64,000 nucleotides of DNA. Source: Magnetococcales bacterium. Its GTDB lineage: Bacteria > Pseudomonadota > Magnetococcia > Magnetococcales > UBA8363. Of the stretch, positions 17,184-26,182 are shown piece after piece (the first letter of the stretch is position 1; every line of letters starts with the position of its first letter). The translations under genes and the position numbers were made by a program. The notes below the pieces were generated by a model. That model worked only from the letters and a program-made list of their open reading frames with translations. It was not told the DNA's origin and did no database searches. Location: positions 13,682-77,681 of the forward strand of contig PEAK01000006.1 of assembly GCA_002753515.1 (NCBI GenBank), read 5' to 3'.

Positions 17184-18067
17184 AGGAGTATTCATTCTTT
17201 CCGGGTTGCAGCTCGGAGCACAATGCTTCGGCAGCCAACATGGAAACCTCCGTGCGCTCATTGTGCCGAATGTTGGATATTAAGCTCAATGAGATTGAAG
17301 ATTGGAACTGTTGCGGTGCCTCGATTGGTTATGCCGGGGGTGGTGTCATTCCCAGATTGTCGTTGTCGGCGCGCAATTTCGCCTTATCCAAACAGCAGCA
17401 GGGCGACCGCGACCTGGTTGCCACGTGTGCCGCCTGTTGGTTATCCATGCGTGAAACCAGTGAGAGGTTGGCACACGAACCCGAGGTGAAGCAAAAGGTC
17501 AACATCGCCCTGAAGGAGGGTGGCCTTTCTTACGAAGGGGGTATCAAAACCCGGCATTTGGTCGAAGTTCTCATCGAAGACATCGGCTGGGATGCCATGA
17601 AATCCAAGGTTACCAAACCCTTGAAAGGTCTGAAGGTTGCCGGGTATGTGGGGTGTCAGACCAATCGTCCTTTCGGAGTTGCCGGCGATAGCTATGAAAA
17701 TCCCCAATATCTGGATCGTATGATCGAGTTGACCGGGGCTTCGGCTATCCCCTTTGCCAAAAAAGTGGCATGTTGTGGTGGGGCGTTGATGTTCTCCGAA
17801 CAGGAAAAATCCTGTCAACTGACTCGGGATATCATTCAGTGTGCCGTGGATGGGGGGGCTGATTGCATCGTGACCCCATGTCCGGTGTGTCAGTTGAACC
17901 TGGAGGTGTATCAGGGAAAAATCAACCAACTGTTTGGGACCCAATATAACATACCCATCCTCTATTATTCGCAATTGATGGTGTTGTCGTATGGTGGCAG
18001 TTGGAATGATGCGGCCTTGCATCAGCAGGTTGTGCAGGCTGAAGTGTTGAGAAAGTTTGCTGCCTGA
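17180..18067 (+). CDS. hdrB: HdrB-like subunit with two CCG (Cys-rich) domains
   Basis: FFPGCS...NCCGA and GCQ...ACCGG...PCPVCQ are the duplicated CCG-domain signatures of HdrB/SdhE-type proteins. 295 aa. Confidence 0.8.
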   Translation: MKEYSFFPGCSSEHNASAANMETSVRSLCRMLDIKLNEIEDWNCCGASIGYAGGGVIPRLSLSARNFALSKQQQGDRDLVATCAACWLSMRETSERLAHEPEVKQKVNIALKEGGLSYEGGIKTRHLVEVLIEDIGWDAMKSKVTKPLKGLKVAGYVGCQTNRPFGVAGDSYENPQYLDRMIELTGASAIPFAKKVACCGGALMFSEQEKSCQLTRDIIQCAVDGGADCIVTPCPVCQLNLEVYQGKINQLFGTQYNIPILYYSQLMVLSYGGSWNDAALHQQVVQAEVLRKFAA

Positions 18068-18076
18068 TCATCGTAA

Positions 18077-18113
18077 CCCGACGCCTTGGGCGCTTTTTAC
18101 CCAAGGTGTCGGG
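18077..18113 (+). terminator. Stem-loop directly downstream of hdrB (possible terminator or RNA-stability element)
   Basis: 14-bp stem, cccgacgccttggg (18077-18090) pairing with cccaaggtgtcggg (18100-18113), with one G-U pair and a 9-nt loop. There is no clear downstream T-tract, so intrinsic-terminator status is uncertain. Confidence 0.4.
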
Positions 18114-18193
18114 CATGACGACCCGAATGCCCGCTCAAAATTTCGCTAGGCGTTTGACCTGGATTGAATAGTCCCTTTGCGCACGTCCTTGGC

Positions 18194-19054
18194 ATGAACT
18201 CCTCTTTTCATCCTGTTGATCGCATTGTTTTCCTGGGACATTGCCCGGACAGACCAGGACTGGTGAAGCAAATCAGCCAGTTTTTCGCCGCGAAAGGTGC
18301 CAATCTGACCAATCTGCAACAGCACACGGAACGGGATCGATTTTTTATACGACTCGAAGGGGAATTGGAAGAAAAATCACCTATCCTTCCGTGGTATGGT
18401 GAATTTGCCGCTGTTGCCCGAGAGATGGATATGACCTATGAATTCCATCCCAAGCGAAGAAAGACGAAACTCGCCCTTCTGTGTTCCAAAACATTGCATT
18501 GTCCTCTGGAGTTGATCTCCAGGATGCTCATTGGAGATATTAACGTAGAAATCTCCTGCATGATCAGCAATCATCAGGATGCGGAATGGATCGCTGAGCG
18601 GTTTGGATTACCCTTTCATTATTTGCCAGTTACCCGGGAACGTCGCCAGTACGAACATTTGCAACTGGATATTCTCCGCCAATACGACTACGATCTCATT
18701 GTTCTGGCGCGTTACATGCGCATTTTGAGTGGTGAGTTCATTGCCAGCGTGACAACACCCATCATCAATATTCATCATGCTTTCCTGCCATCCTTCGTGG
18801 GGAAAGATCCCTATGCACAAGCCTATCAACGTGGCGTAAAACTAATCGGTGCCACGTCGCATTTCGTTACCGAAGATTTGGATGAAGGACCCATCATCAG
18901 CCAAAACGTCATCCCGGTCGGACATGAGTTTTCTATAGAGGAACTAAAAAAGATTGGGTCGGATATCGAAAAGCGGGAGTTGGCCTACGCCATTCTGAAG
19001 TACAGTGAAAATAAAATCATCGCCTGGCGGGGTCGCACAGTGGTTTTTCATTGA
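18194..19054 (+). CDS. purU: Formyltetrahydrofolate deformylase
   Basis: N-terminal ACT-like domain (CPDRPGLVKQISQFFAAKGANL) plus a formyltransferase core (INIHHAFLPSFVGKDPYAQA...GATSHFVTEDLDEGPII). The ATG at 18194 is preferred over the TTG at 18164. Confidence 0.85.
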   Translation: MNSSFHPVDRIVFLGHCPDRPGLVKQISQFFAAKGANLTNLQQHTERDRFFIRLEGELEEKSPILPWYGEFAAVAREMDMTYEFHPKRRKTKLALLCSKTLHCPLELISRMLIGDINVEISCMISNHQDAEWIAERFGLPFHYLPVTRERRQYEHLQLDILRQYDYDLIVLARYMRILSGEFIASVTTPIINIHHAFLPSFVGKDPYAQAYQRGVKLIGATSHFVTEDLDEGPIISQNVIPVGHEFSIEELKKIGSDIEKRELAYAILKYSENKIIAWRGRTVVFH

Positions 19055-19123
19055 ATTGTTCTGTTTGCGATGTATTCAATTCGACTCCAATAATCCTCCC
19101 CATGAGCTGGGCACGGCATCCAT

Positions 19124-19891
19124 ATGCTCGCCAAAATCGTAACTTTCCTCATCTCACCCCTGGGAACAAGCCTCTTATTAGCCCTTGTTGGCTGGATGCT
19201 CACGTATCGCAAACGATACCGGTGGGCATTGCGAGTCAACGCCTTGGCCATCTTGTGGTTGCTTTTATGGTCGATGCCACTCCCCAGCCGATGGATCCGC
19301 GGGGTCATTGAATCCCCTTTTCCTTTGGTGGCAATGGAAAACGTACCCACTGCCCAAGCCATCGTCGTGTTGGGCGGCGGCATCATTCCCTCGCAACAAG
19401 AAGGTTTCCCACCCAACCTGAACCAGGCCGGAGACCGCATGTGGCATGCCGCACGCTTGTATCACGCCGGCAAAGCACCGATCCTGATCTTGAGTGGCGG
19501 AAATTATTTTCCTCCTTATCTCACCAGTGAAGCTGAAGCCATGCGCATCTTCATGCACGACCTGGGAGTCCCCGACAACGCCATGATTTTGGAAGATCGC
19601 AGTCGCACCACCAAAGAAAATGCCCTCTACACCCTCCCCATGCTGCAAGAAAGGCATATCCGTACGGTACTTCTGGTGACATCCGCAATGCATATGCGGC
19701 GCGCTCTCCTGTTATTCAATACCGCTGGTCTCCAGGTGATTCCAACCGCCATCGATCACGAAGGGTTGAATGTGTCCGATCCAACAAGTTATTCCGTGCT
19801 GGATTGGCGCAATGCCATCCCCGACGCAGGATCCCTTGAGGGAAGTGGGCGTGCGATCAAGGAATGGGTGGGCCCGCTCGTTGGCCGATAG
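19124..19891 (+). CDS. DUF218 (YdcF/ElyC-like) membrane-anchored protein
   Basis: Two N-terminal TM helices, then a DUF218-like core (AIVVLGGGI...ILILSGG...TSAMHMRRA). Confidence 0.7.
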   Translation: MLAKIVTFLISPLGTSLLLALVGWMLTYRKRYRWALRVNALAILWLLLWSMPLPSRWIRGVIESPFPLVAMENVPTAQAIVVLGGGIIPSQQEGFPPNLNQAGDRMWHAARLYHAGKAPILILSGGNYFPPYLTSEAEAMRIFMHDLGVPDNAMILEDRSRTTKENALYTLPMLQERHIRTVLLVTSAMHMRRALLLFNTAGLQVIPTAIDHEGLNVSDPTSYSVLDWRNAIPDAGSLEGSGRAIKEWVGPLVGR

Positions 19892-20011
19892 TCAGGCCCA
19901 ATCCCCCACCCCGGGAAGGGGAACGAAGATCGGCTGGTCAGACCTTTCGGAAAATTGGAAAAAATGGCAGACTTTAAGGCACGTTGATCCCCATCACTCC
20001 AGAGAAATGTC

Positions 20012-21232
20012 ATGCTCTATTCCCTTTTGCTGAACCAGATCATCCGTACCGGCCATTTGATTGTGATCGATGCCAATCAACAATCACATAACTTCGGCAA
20101 GCCGGGGACTGGACCCGAGGCGGTGATCCGACTGCATGATAAAAATTTGCACTGGAAATTGTTGGTCAATTCACCCCTTTATCTGGGTGAAGCCTATATG
20201 GACGGCACCCTCACCCTGGAAAATGGGACGACCCTGCGGCAACTGTTGCGTCTGTTCGCCATCAATATGGTTTCCAATGAAGATTCGATTATTGCCCCTT
20301 TTTTGGACCTGATTGCCCCCATCAGACGTTTTTTTCTTCAATTCAATCCCCCGGGACGTTCCCTGAAAAATGTGGCACATCACTATAACATCGACTACAA
20401 GCTCTACCAGTTATTCTTGGATGAAGACCTGATTTACACCTGCTCGTACTTTCGCACCGGCCAGGAAAACCTGGAACGATCCCAATTGGAAAAAAAGGCG
20501 CATATCGTCGCTAAACTGAACCTGCAACCCGGTATGAAAGTGTTGGATCTGGGCTGTGGTTGGGGTGGATTGGCGTTGTACATGGCCCAAGTGGCTGATT
20601 GTGAAGTTACCGGCATCACCCTGTCCACCGAACAGCTAAAAATTGCCCAGGAACGTGCCAAAAAAGCGGGATTGGAACATAAGGTCCGGTTTTTTCTCCG
20701 GGACTATCGTCATGAGACGGGTCACTATGACCGCATCACGGCAATTGGCATTTTGGAGCATATTGGAGTACCGCAATATCGAACATTTTTTAGGAAGATT
20801 AAAGATCTTTTGACACCACAAGGGGTGGCCTTGGTCCATTCCATCGGCCGACCGGATGGACCTGGAACCACCAATCCCTGGTTTCGCAAATATTTGTTCC
20901 CCGGCGGCTACGCCCCGGCGTTGTCGGAGGTGTTGCCAATTGTCGAAGACCTGTTTTTATGGGTCACTGATATTGAAATTTTGCGGTTACACTACGCCAA
21001 AACACTGGAACATTGGGGCGAACGCTTTATGCGGAATTGGGATGAAGCGGCGCGTATTTACGACGAACGCTTTTGTCGTATGTGGGAATTTTACTTATAT
21101 GCCGCAGAAATGGAATTTCTTTATCTTGGGACGATGGTATTTCACATTCAGCTCACCAAAACGATTGACGCTTTGCCGATTACAAGAGACTATATGTTTG
21201 AACGTGAAACGGCCCTTCTTGAGCGAAAGTAA
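20012..21232 (+). CDS. cfa: Cyclopropane-fatty-acyl-phospholipid synthase-like SAM methyltransferase
   Basis: 406 aa. HYNIDYKLYQLFLD...YTCSYF, SAM motif VLDLGCGWGGLA, and a CFA-synthase-like C-terminus (YLFPGGYAPAL...W..YL..AE..F). Confidence 0.85.
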   Translation: MLYSLLLNQIIRTGHLIVIDANQQSHNFGKPGTGPEAVIRLHDKNLHWKLLVNSPLYLGEAYMDGTLTLENGTTLRQLLRLFAINMVSNEDSIIAPFLDLIAPIRRFFLQFNPPGRSLKNVAHHYNIDYKLYQLFLDEDLIYTCSYFRTGQENLERSQLEKKAHIVAKLNLQPGMKVLDLGCGWGGLALYMAQVADCEVTGITLSTEQLKIAQERAKKAGLEHKVRFFLRDYRHETGHYDRITAIGILEHIGVPQYRTFFRKIKDLLTPQGVALVHSIGRPDGPGTTNPWFRKYLFPGGYAPALSEVLPIVEDLFLWVTDIEILRLHYAKTLEHWGERFMRNWDEAARIYDERFCRMWEFYLYAAEMEFLYLGTMVFHIQLTKTIDALPITRDYMFERETALLERK

Positions 21233-21350
21233 CACGTAGGGATGATGAACACGCTTCCCCTAAGCCTGGAAGGCCTGACGCAATCAATACCATCCTGGGC
21301 ATAGCAACGCTATTATACTAACTGGCACGGCCTCAAGTCGAGAATGGTAT

Positions 21351-23150
21351 ATGCCATCAACCAATGAACTGATTTCAGTAAAATTTTATGTTCTCTTGAT
21401 GGTTGGAACCATATTATTGCTTACGCTTTCCTTGACGGTATACATCAAATATACTGACAATTATTATGACGAGCAAGAGCGATTAATCAATAAATTCCAT
21501 ATTAGATCTGTATATGCGTATGAACGTATCGATGACGAATTGCAAAATATTCGTATGCATCACACGGAAGAACATCTTAGAGAATTAGCACCTGATGAAG
21601 TAAAATTTTTCCCTGAAAAACATAGAGATCACATTAAAGTTATACAAAGATTGTTTGACAAACTACTTAATCTCAGAGACAAATACAAATTTGAAGTTAT
21701 GCAGCATCCTACCCTTCTGCATCATTTTGAGAATGCTATTCATATATTTGACAATATTAAAATATACTGGAAGGAAGAACAAAATAAAACATCCATTGAT
21801 TCTTTCTTTGAGACGAGTATCAACGATTTGCTTGCCCTTGATGCTGAAATAGAGGTGCTACGAGATGGCCATGGCCATATTGCCTACACAATAAACGAAC
21901 AAATTTCCAAGAATAGAAAACATGATGAATTGATTCTGTTTGTGATTGTTTTCGTATTGGCCATGGTCGGTCTGTTCGCCAGCCGGCGTTTTCTTGGTTT
22001 GATACATTCGGGGATTACCAGACGACTGGAAGTTGAGAGGGTGTTGAGTCAGAATCTGGTCATCAGCAAGGGCCAACAAGTGGAAATGGAAACATTGCGG
22101 CGATCCAACAAAGCCATGATCATGGCACTCGCCGATTTGGCGGAAAATCGCGATAGCAATACGGGAGAACATGTACTCCGAGTTGCCAGAATCACGCAAA
22201 AAATGGCTCAGATTCTGCGTCAAAGTGGCATGGAAGAAATCACCGATACCTTTTTGGAACAAATAGCCCTTTGCAGCATGTTGCATGACGTGGGCAAGGT
22301 CAGCGTCCCGGACATTATCCTCCTGAAACCGGGTCCTCTGAATGCCGAGGAACGTATGATCATGCAACATCATACTGTAGCAGGCAGTAATTTCCTCGAA
22401 AAAATTAGAAATCACCAGGAAACGGGGTCGTATATTGAGATGGCAATCCGTATTGCCAGATCGCATCATGAACAATACCAGGGAGGGGGGTATCCCGATG
22501 GCTTGGTCGGAACTGACATTCCTCTGGAAGCTAGAATAGTCACGGTTTCCGATGTTTATGATGCCCTGACCTCATGGCGCCCTTACAAGGAGCCCTGGCC
22601 GGAAGAAAAAGTGTTTGCATTTATCAAGAATGAGTCAGGCAAACTCTTTGACCCAAAAATCGTTGAAGCATTTTTCTCTGTTAAGGAACTCCGTGCAGAT
22701 TTTTCCATCCTCGAATGGCGTGAAGAAATGTCTGTTGGAATTCCTGCTTTGGACAATGATCACAAAGCGATCATTCGCCTCATCAATGAAATTGGCCTCG
22801 TTCAGAAGCAATTTGACAGCATTACAGTTGATTTGGTATTGGATGAACTTTTCAATTACACGATCAGACATTTCAATAGAGAAGAGTTTGTCCTCCAGGA
22901 AATTAAATTTCCAAACATTCAAAGCCATGCCAGGCAACATGCGGACTTTGGAGATAAAGTCTCGGACTTGCGTCGTCGTTATCTACAAAGGAGTGATATC
23001 AATGCCGCCAATGAATTGATGATGGTCATGAGTGATTGGATAGAGAAACATATCATGGTTGAAGATAGAAAATACTATGATTGGTGTACTGAGGCAGGTC
23101 TGATCGCTTCTCAAATACATATACAACTACACTTAAACCAGACGAATTGA
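21351..23150 (+). CDS. HD-GYP phosphodiesterase with N-terminal membrane/sensor region and C-terminal hemerythrin domain
   Basis: Two TM segments flank a roughly 150-aa AT-rich-encoded sensor region. HD-GYP core: HDVGKVSVPD...HHEQYQGGGYPDGL. C-terminal bacteriohemerythrin signature: W.EEMSVGIPALDNDHKAII...HFNREE...H..FG...WIEKHIMVEDRKY. Confidence 0.85.
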   Translation: MPSTNELISVKFYVLLMVGTILLLTLSLTVYIKYTDNYYDEQERLINKFHIRSVYAYERIDDELQNIRMHHTEEHLRELAPDEVKFFPEKHRDHIKVIQRLFDKLLNLRDKYKFEVMQHPTLLHHFENAIHIFDNIKIYWKEEQNKTSIDSFFETSINDLLALDAEIEVLRDGHGHIAYTINEQISKNRKHDELILFVIVFVLAMVGLFASRRFLGLIHSGITRRLEVERVLSQNLVISKGQQVEMETLRRSNKAMIMALADLAENRDSNTGEHVLRVARITQKMAQILRQSGMEEITDTFLEQIALCSMLHDVGKVSVPDIILLKPGPLNAEERMIMQHHTVAGSNFLEKIRNHQETGSYIEMAIRIARSHHEQYQGGGYPDGLVGTDIPLEARIVTVSDVYDALTSWRPYKEPWPEEKVFAFIKNESGKLFDPKIVEAFFSVKELRADFSILEWREEMSVGIPALDNDHKAIIRLINEIGLVQKQFDSITVDLVLDELFNYTIRHFNREEFVLQEIKFPNIQSHARQHADFGDKVSDLRRRYLQRSDINAANELMMVMSDWIEKHIMVEDRKYYDWCTEAGLIASQIHIQLHLNQTN

Positions 23151-23181
23151 TGCCAACCGGTATTTTTTCCCATCTGTAGAT

Positions 23182-24783
23182 CTACTCGAAACTTTGGCCG
23201 CCGTCCGCGCAAGCACGTAGCGTCCCAATCAGCCATGTGGCGAAGGATGTCGGCAAGGGGACGAAAAAAGTGGAAAACAGTACCCAACACGCATCGGCCA
23301 ATCGCGTAACCCGCAGTCTGTTCCTTACAACGGCATCCCAAAGCTGGTTGTCATCCTCTGATTTCTTTTGGATGCTCAGCCAACGGTGCCCCTGTGCCAC
23401 GGCATCCGAAATAAATTCTTGAATCAACAAATCCAACAGAGCCGGTCGATGTTCCCGGGCCACCTCGGGGGCAAAACCAACCCGGCATTGCCCGGTTTCC
23501 GGTGATCCCAGGCAAGCCATTCTACGGAGAAACCAACGTGGCACTACCCGCACCGGCATCCCCTTTTCAGACCGTGCCCCATAAAAAGCTGGAACAGCCG
23601 CCAACAATCGATTGCCATCGCTGATTGCCAAATAACGCATGCTGATCCAGGGCGGGCTGGCACGCTCCAATGCTAAAAAGTGTGCCCAACTTTCCTCCCT
23701 TCCTGAAAAACATCGATCCCATTGCTCTGGCAGAATGTTGGTAACCGAATTGGTAACCACCAACTGGTGCGCGCCCGTTACATTTGAACTGCGTGCCGTA
23801 CGCTGGTAAGGTTTGAGTTGCCCGGCGATTTCTGGAGGGGTCAGCCCCTTGAAGAAATCAACCGTATGCCGTATGACATCATGCCGTTGCTGGTCGACGG
23901 TAATCAGATGGTAACTGTCGTCCAACAGGACCATTTTGACCGATCCACCCAAATGACGGAAAACATAACGGGCATTGCCAAGACTGGCCACATCATCTTC
24001 ACGGGCATGCAAAATCAGGGCAGGTGCAACAACTCCAGCCATCCTTTTCTTGACGACTTTGACAAGATGGAGAAATTCACGCAAAGAGCGGCCCGTCATC
24101 CCCAGGTTGCCCGCCTCAGTACTGTTGCCCGCCAACATGCTGGCCACGATACGTTGGCGTATGCGTTCGTCCTTGATGCCAAATGGAAACACCTCGACAA
24201 ATCGATAAAAATCGGTCAGTGGGGTCTGTACCACGTAAGGCACCAAAAAATGCAGACGGGGCAATGCCCAGCCATCGTACCGAAACGTCGTGGCATAAAG
24301 TGCCATACCATGGATGGTATCGGGATGATTGGCAGCGAGTTGCAAAGCCAATAACGCACCAGCACACAAACCAACGACAAAGAGAGCCTCATGCCCCGGA
24401 ACAAGTCTTTGATAGGCCGCTTCAACGCTGGCATACCAATCTTGCCAACGGGTGGCAATCAAGGCCTCCTCGCTGCTGCAATGACCAGCCAGTTGCATGC
24501 CGTAAACGGTAAAACCGGAAATGGCCAACCCTTTGCCGACTGAACGCATTTCGTTCGGTGTGCCGGTCAGACCATGAATCAGGAGGACAGCCGCCTTGCC
24601 GCCCGGAAAGAAAAAACTGACATCCGTGGCTTCAATGGTATCTTGATGCGTATTCAAGTACTTACGCCCAGGACCAGACCAAACCCCGTGCCCCCAGAGC
24701 TTCATATTGAGCCGATCCCACAAACCGGATGGGGGCTGGGTATGAATTTTCGGTGGATCGGGTCTGGTCATGGCCAAACGCAC
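23182..24783 (-). CDS. Fusion protein: esterase-family alpha/beta hydrolase with Cys nucleophile elbow, plus a C-terminal GNAT/FemAB-like (DUF482-like) domain
   Basis: N-terminal half: LLIHGLTGTP, elbow VVGLCAGALLA (G-x-C-x-G), HAREDDV and DDSYHLI (Asp/His). C-terminal half: ...WDRCF....FLALERAS..W..RYLAISDGNRLLAAVPAFY. This resembles acyltransferase-fold DUF482 proteins but is shorter. The start is uncertain. Confidence 0.65.
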   Translation of the reverse strand: MRLAMTRPDPPKIHTQPPSGLWDRLNMKLWGHGVWSGPGRKYLNTHQDTIEATDVSFFFPGGKAAVLLIHGLTGTPNEMRSVGKGLAISGFTVYGMQLAGHCSSEEALIATRWQDWYASVEAAYQRLVPGHEALFVVGLCAGALLALQLAANHPDTIHGMALYATTFRYDGWALPRLHFLVPYVVQTPLTDFYRFVEVFPFGIKDERIRQRIVASMLAGNSTEAGNLGMTGRSLREFLHLVKVVKKRMAGVVAPALILHAREDDVASLGNARYVFRHLGGSVKMVLLDDSYHLITVDQQRHDVIRHTVDFFKGLTPPEIAGQLKPYQRTARSSNVTGAHQLVVTNSVTNILPEQWDRCFSGREESWAHFLALERASPPWISMRYLAISDGNRLLAAVPAFYGARSEKGMPVRVVPRWFLRRMACLGSPETGQCRVGFAPEVAREHRPALLDLLIQEFISDAVAQGHRWLSIQKKSEDDNQLWDAVVRNRLRVTRLADACWVLFSTFFVPLPTSFATWLIGTLRACADGGQSFE

Positions 24784-24798
24784 TTGGATGCAGAACTG

Positions 24799-26175
24799 TT
24801 ACGCAGCACTCCGGGTCACTCGGGCAAAGAGCAAATCCAATAGCGTTATGGCCAAGTCCATCTCGGGACGGGTGATCTCCAGGGAGGGTGCCAGGGTGAT
24901 TACGTTTTTATGGTAACCACCAATATCGAGAATCAGACCGTACTGTTTTCCGTTCGTCGTCAAGTCGGCCTTCATACCCTCCTCAAGCAGACGATCCGTC
25001 ATGGCTTTGTCAGGGATGTAACCGTCCTCGCGGCAGATTTCCACCCGCAAAGCCATTCCCAAACCATCCACATCGCCAATGATACGATAACGCCGCTGTA
25101 ATTCTTTCAACCCTTCCAGAAGATAGGCCCCCTTTTCCATGACCATGGATTCGTAATCTTTTTCCGCCATCATCTGAATGGCCTCCAAAGCGACTGCGGT
25201 ACCCAGCGGATTGGAGGAAAAGGTGGAATGGGTCGATCCCGGAGGAAAAACCTTGGGATTGATCAAGGCCTCCCGCGCCCACAATCCGGCAATGGGGTTC
25301 ATGCCATTGGTCATCGCCTTGCCAAAAACAAGGACATCCGGGGTAACATTGAAATGCTCCATGGCAAAAAATTTACCGGTGCGATAAAACGCCATCTGGA
25401 TTTCATCATCAACCAGCAAAATGTTGCGTTCGTCGAGGACTCGTTTGAGCTTGGCAAAGTAGCCCGGGGGCGGCACGACATATCCCCCTGTCCCCTGCAC
25501 CGCCTCCACATAGAAAGCCGCATATTCGGCAGAACCATCTTTGGGATCCCAGACGCCATAATATTCGCTATCAAACAGTCGGGCAAACTGATCAACACAA
25601 TAAAGATCGCACTGATCCCGTTTTTTGCCGTAAGGGCAACGAAAACAATAGGGAAAAGGGACAAACTGGGCGCGATCCCCGAAATGACCGTAGCGCCTCC
25701 GGTAGCGATAGGAAGAGGTGATGGCACTGGCCCCCAGTGTTCGGCCATGGTATCCCCCCTCATAGGCAAACATCAGGCTTTTGCCCTGGCAGGCATTGCG
25801 AACCAACTTCAAAGAATCCTCAACGGCCTGGGAGCCCCCCACGTTAAAATGGATCCGACCCTTCACCCCCCAAATCGATTCAACCTTCTGAGCCAAAGCC
25901 TTGGCCAGAAGAATCTTTTCGCGATGCACATACTGGCACGCCAATTGGGGAAGGGTGTCAATCTGGCGTTTGAGGGCTTGGTTCAGACGTGGGTTGGCGT
26001 AGCCGAAATTGCACGCCGAATACCACATTTGCAGGTCAAGATAGGGGCGATCCCCCGGATCGAAGAGAAAGGATCCCTCACAACGACTGAAAAGTTTTGG
26101 CGGTTCGAGGTAGTGAACCGTATCGCCAAAGGAACAATAGGTTGCTTCGTCCTGAAGAAGATCATGATGGTCCAT
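24799..26175 (-). CDS. Class-III (omega-type) PLP-dependent aminotransferase
   Basis: 458 aa. GGSQAVE, YHGRT, LLVDDEIQMAFYRTGKFFAMEHF and FGKAMTNG (PLP lysine) are class-III signatures. Substrate is unknown. Confidence 0.85.
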   Translation of the reverse strand: MDHHDLLQDEATYCSFGDTVHYLEPPKLFSRCEGSFLFDPGDRPYLDLQMWYSACNFGYANPRLNQALKRQIDTLPQLACQYVHREKILLAKALAQKVESIWGVKGRIHFNVGGSQAVEDSLKLVRNACQGKSLMFAYEGGYHGRTLGASAITSSYRYRRRYGHFGDRAQFVPFPYCFRCPYGKKRDQCDLYCVDQFARLFDSEYYGVWDPKDGSAEYAAFYVEAVQGTGGYVVPPPGYFAKLKRVLDERNILLVDDEIQMAFYRTGKFFAMEHFNVTPDVLVFGKAMTNGMNPIAGLWAREALINPKVFPPGSTHSTFSSNPLGTAVALEAIQMMAEKDYESMVMEKGAYLLEGLKELQRRYRIIGDVDGLGMALRVEICREDGYIPDKAMTDRLLEEGMKADLTTNGKQYGLILDIGGYHKNVITLAPSLEITRPEMDLAITLLDLLFARVTRSAA

Positions 26176-26182
26176 GGGCAGG

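Noticed and set aside
21323-21340. A possible sigma-54 promoter (TGGCAC at 21323) upstream of the HD-GYP gene. A similar TGGCAC lies near 25934.
   Set aside because: The -12 element is absent (TGGCAC-N5-CAAG instead of TTGC). The second site lies inside a gene on the wrong strand.
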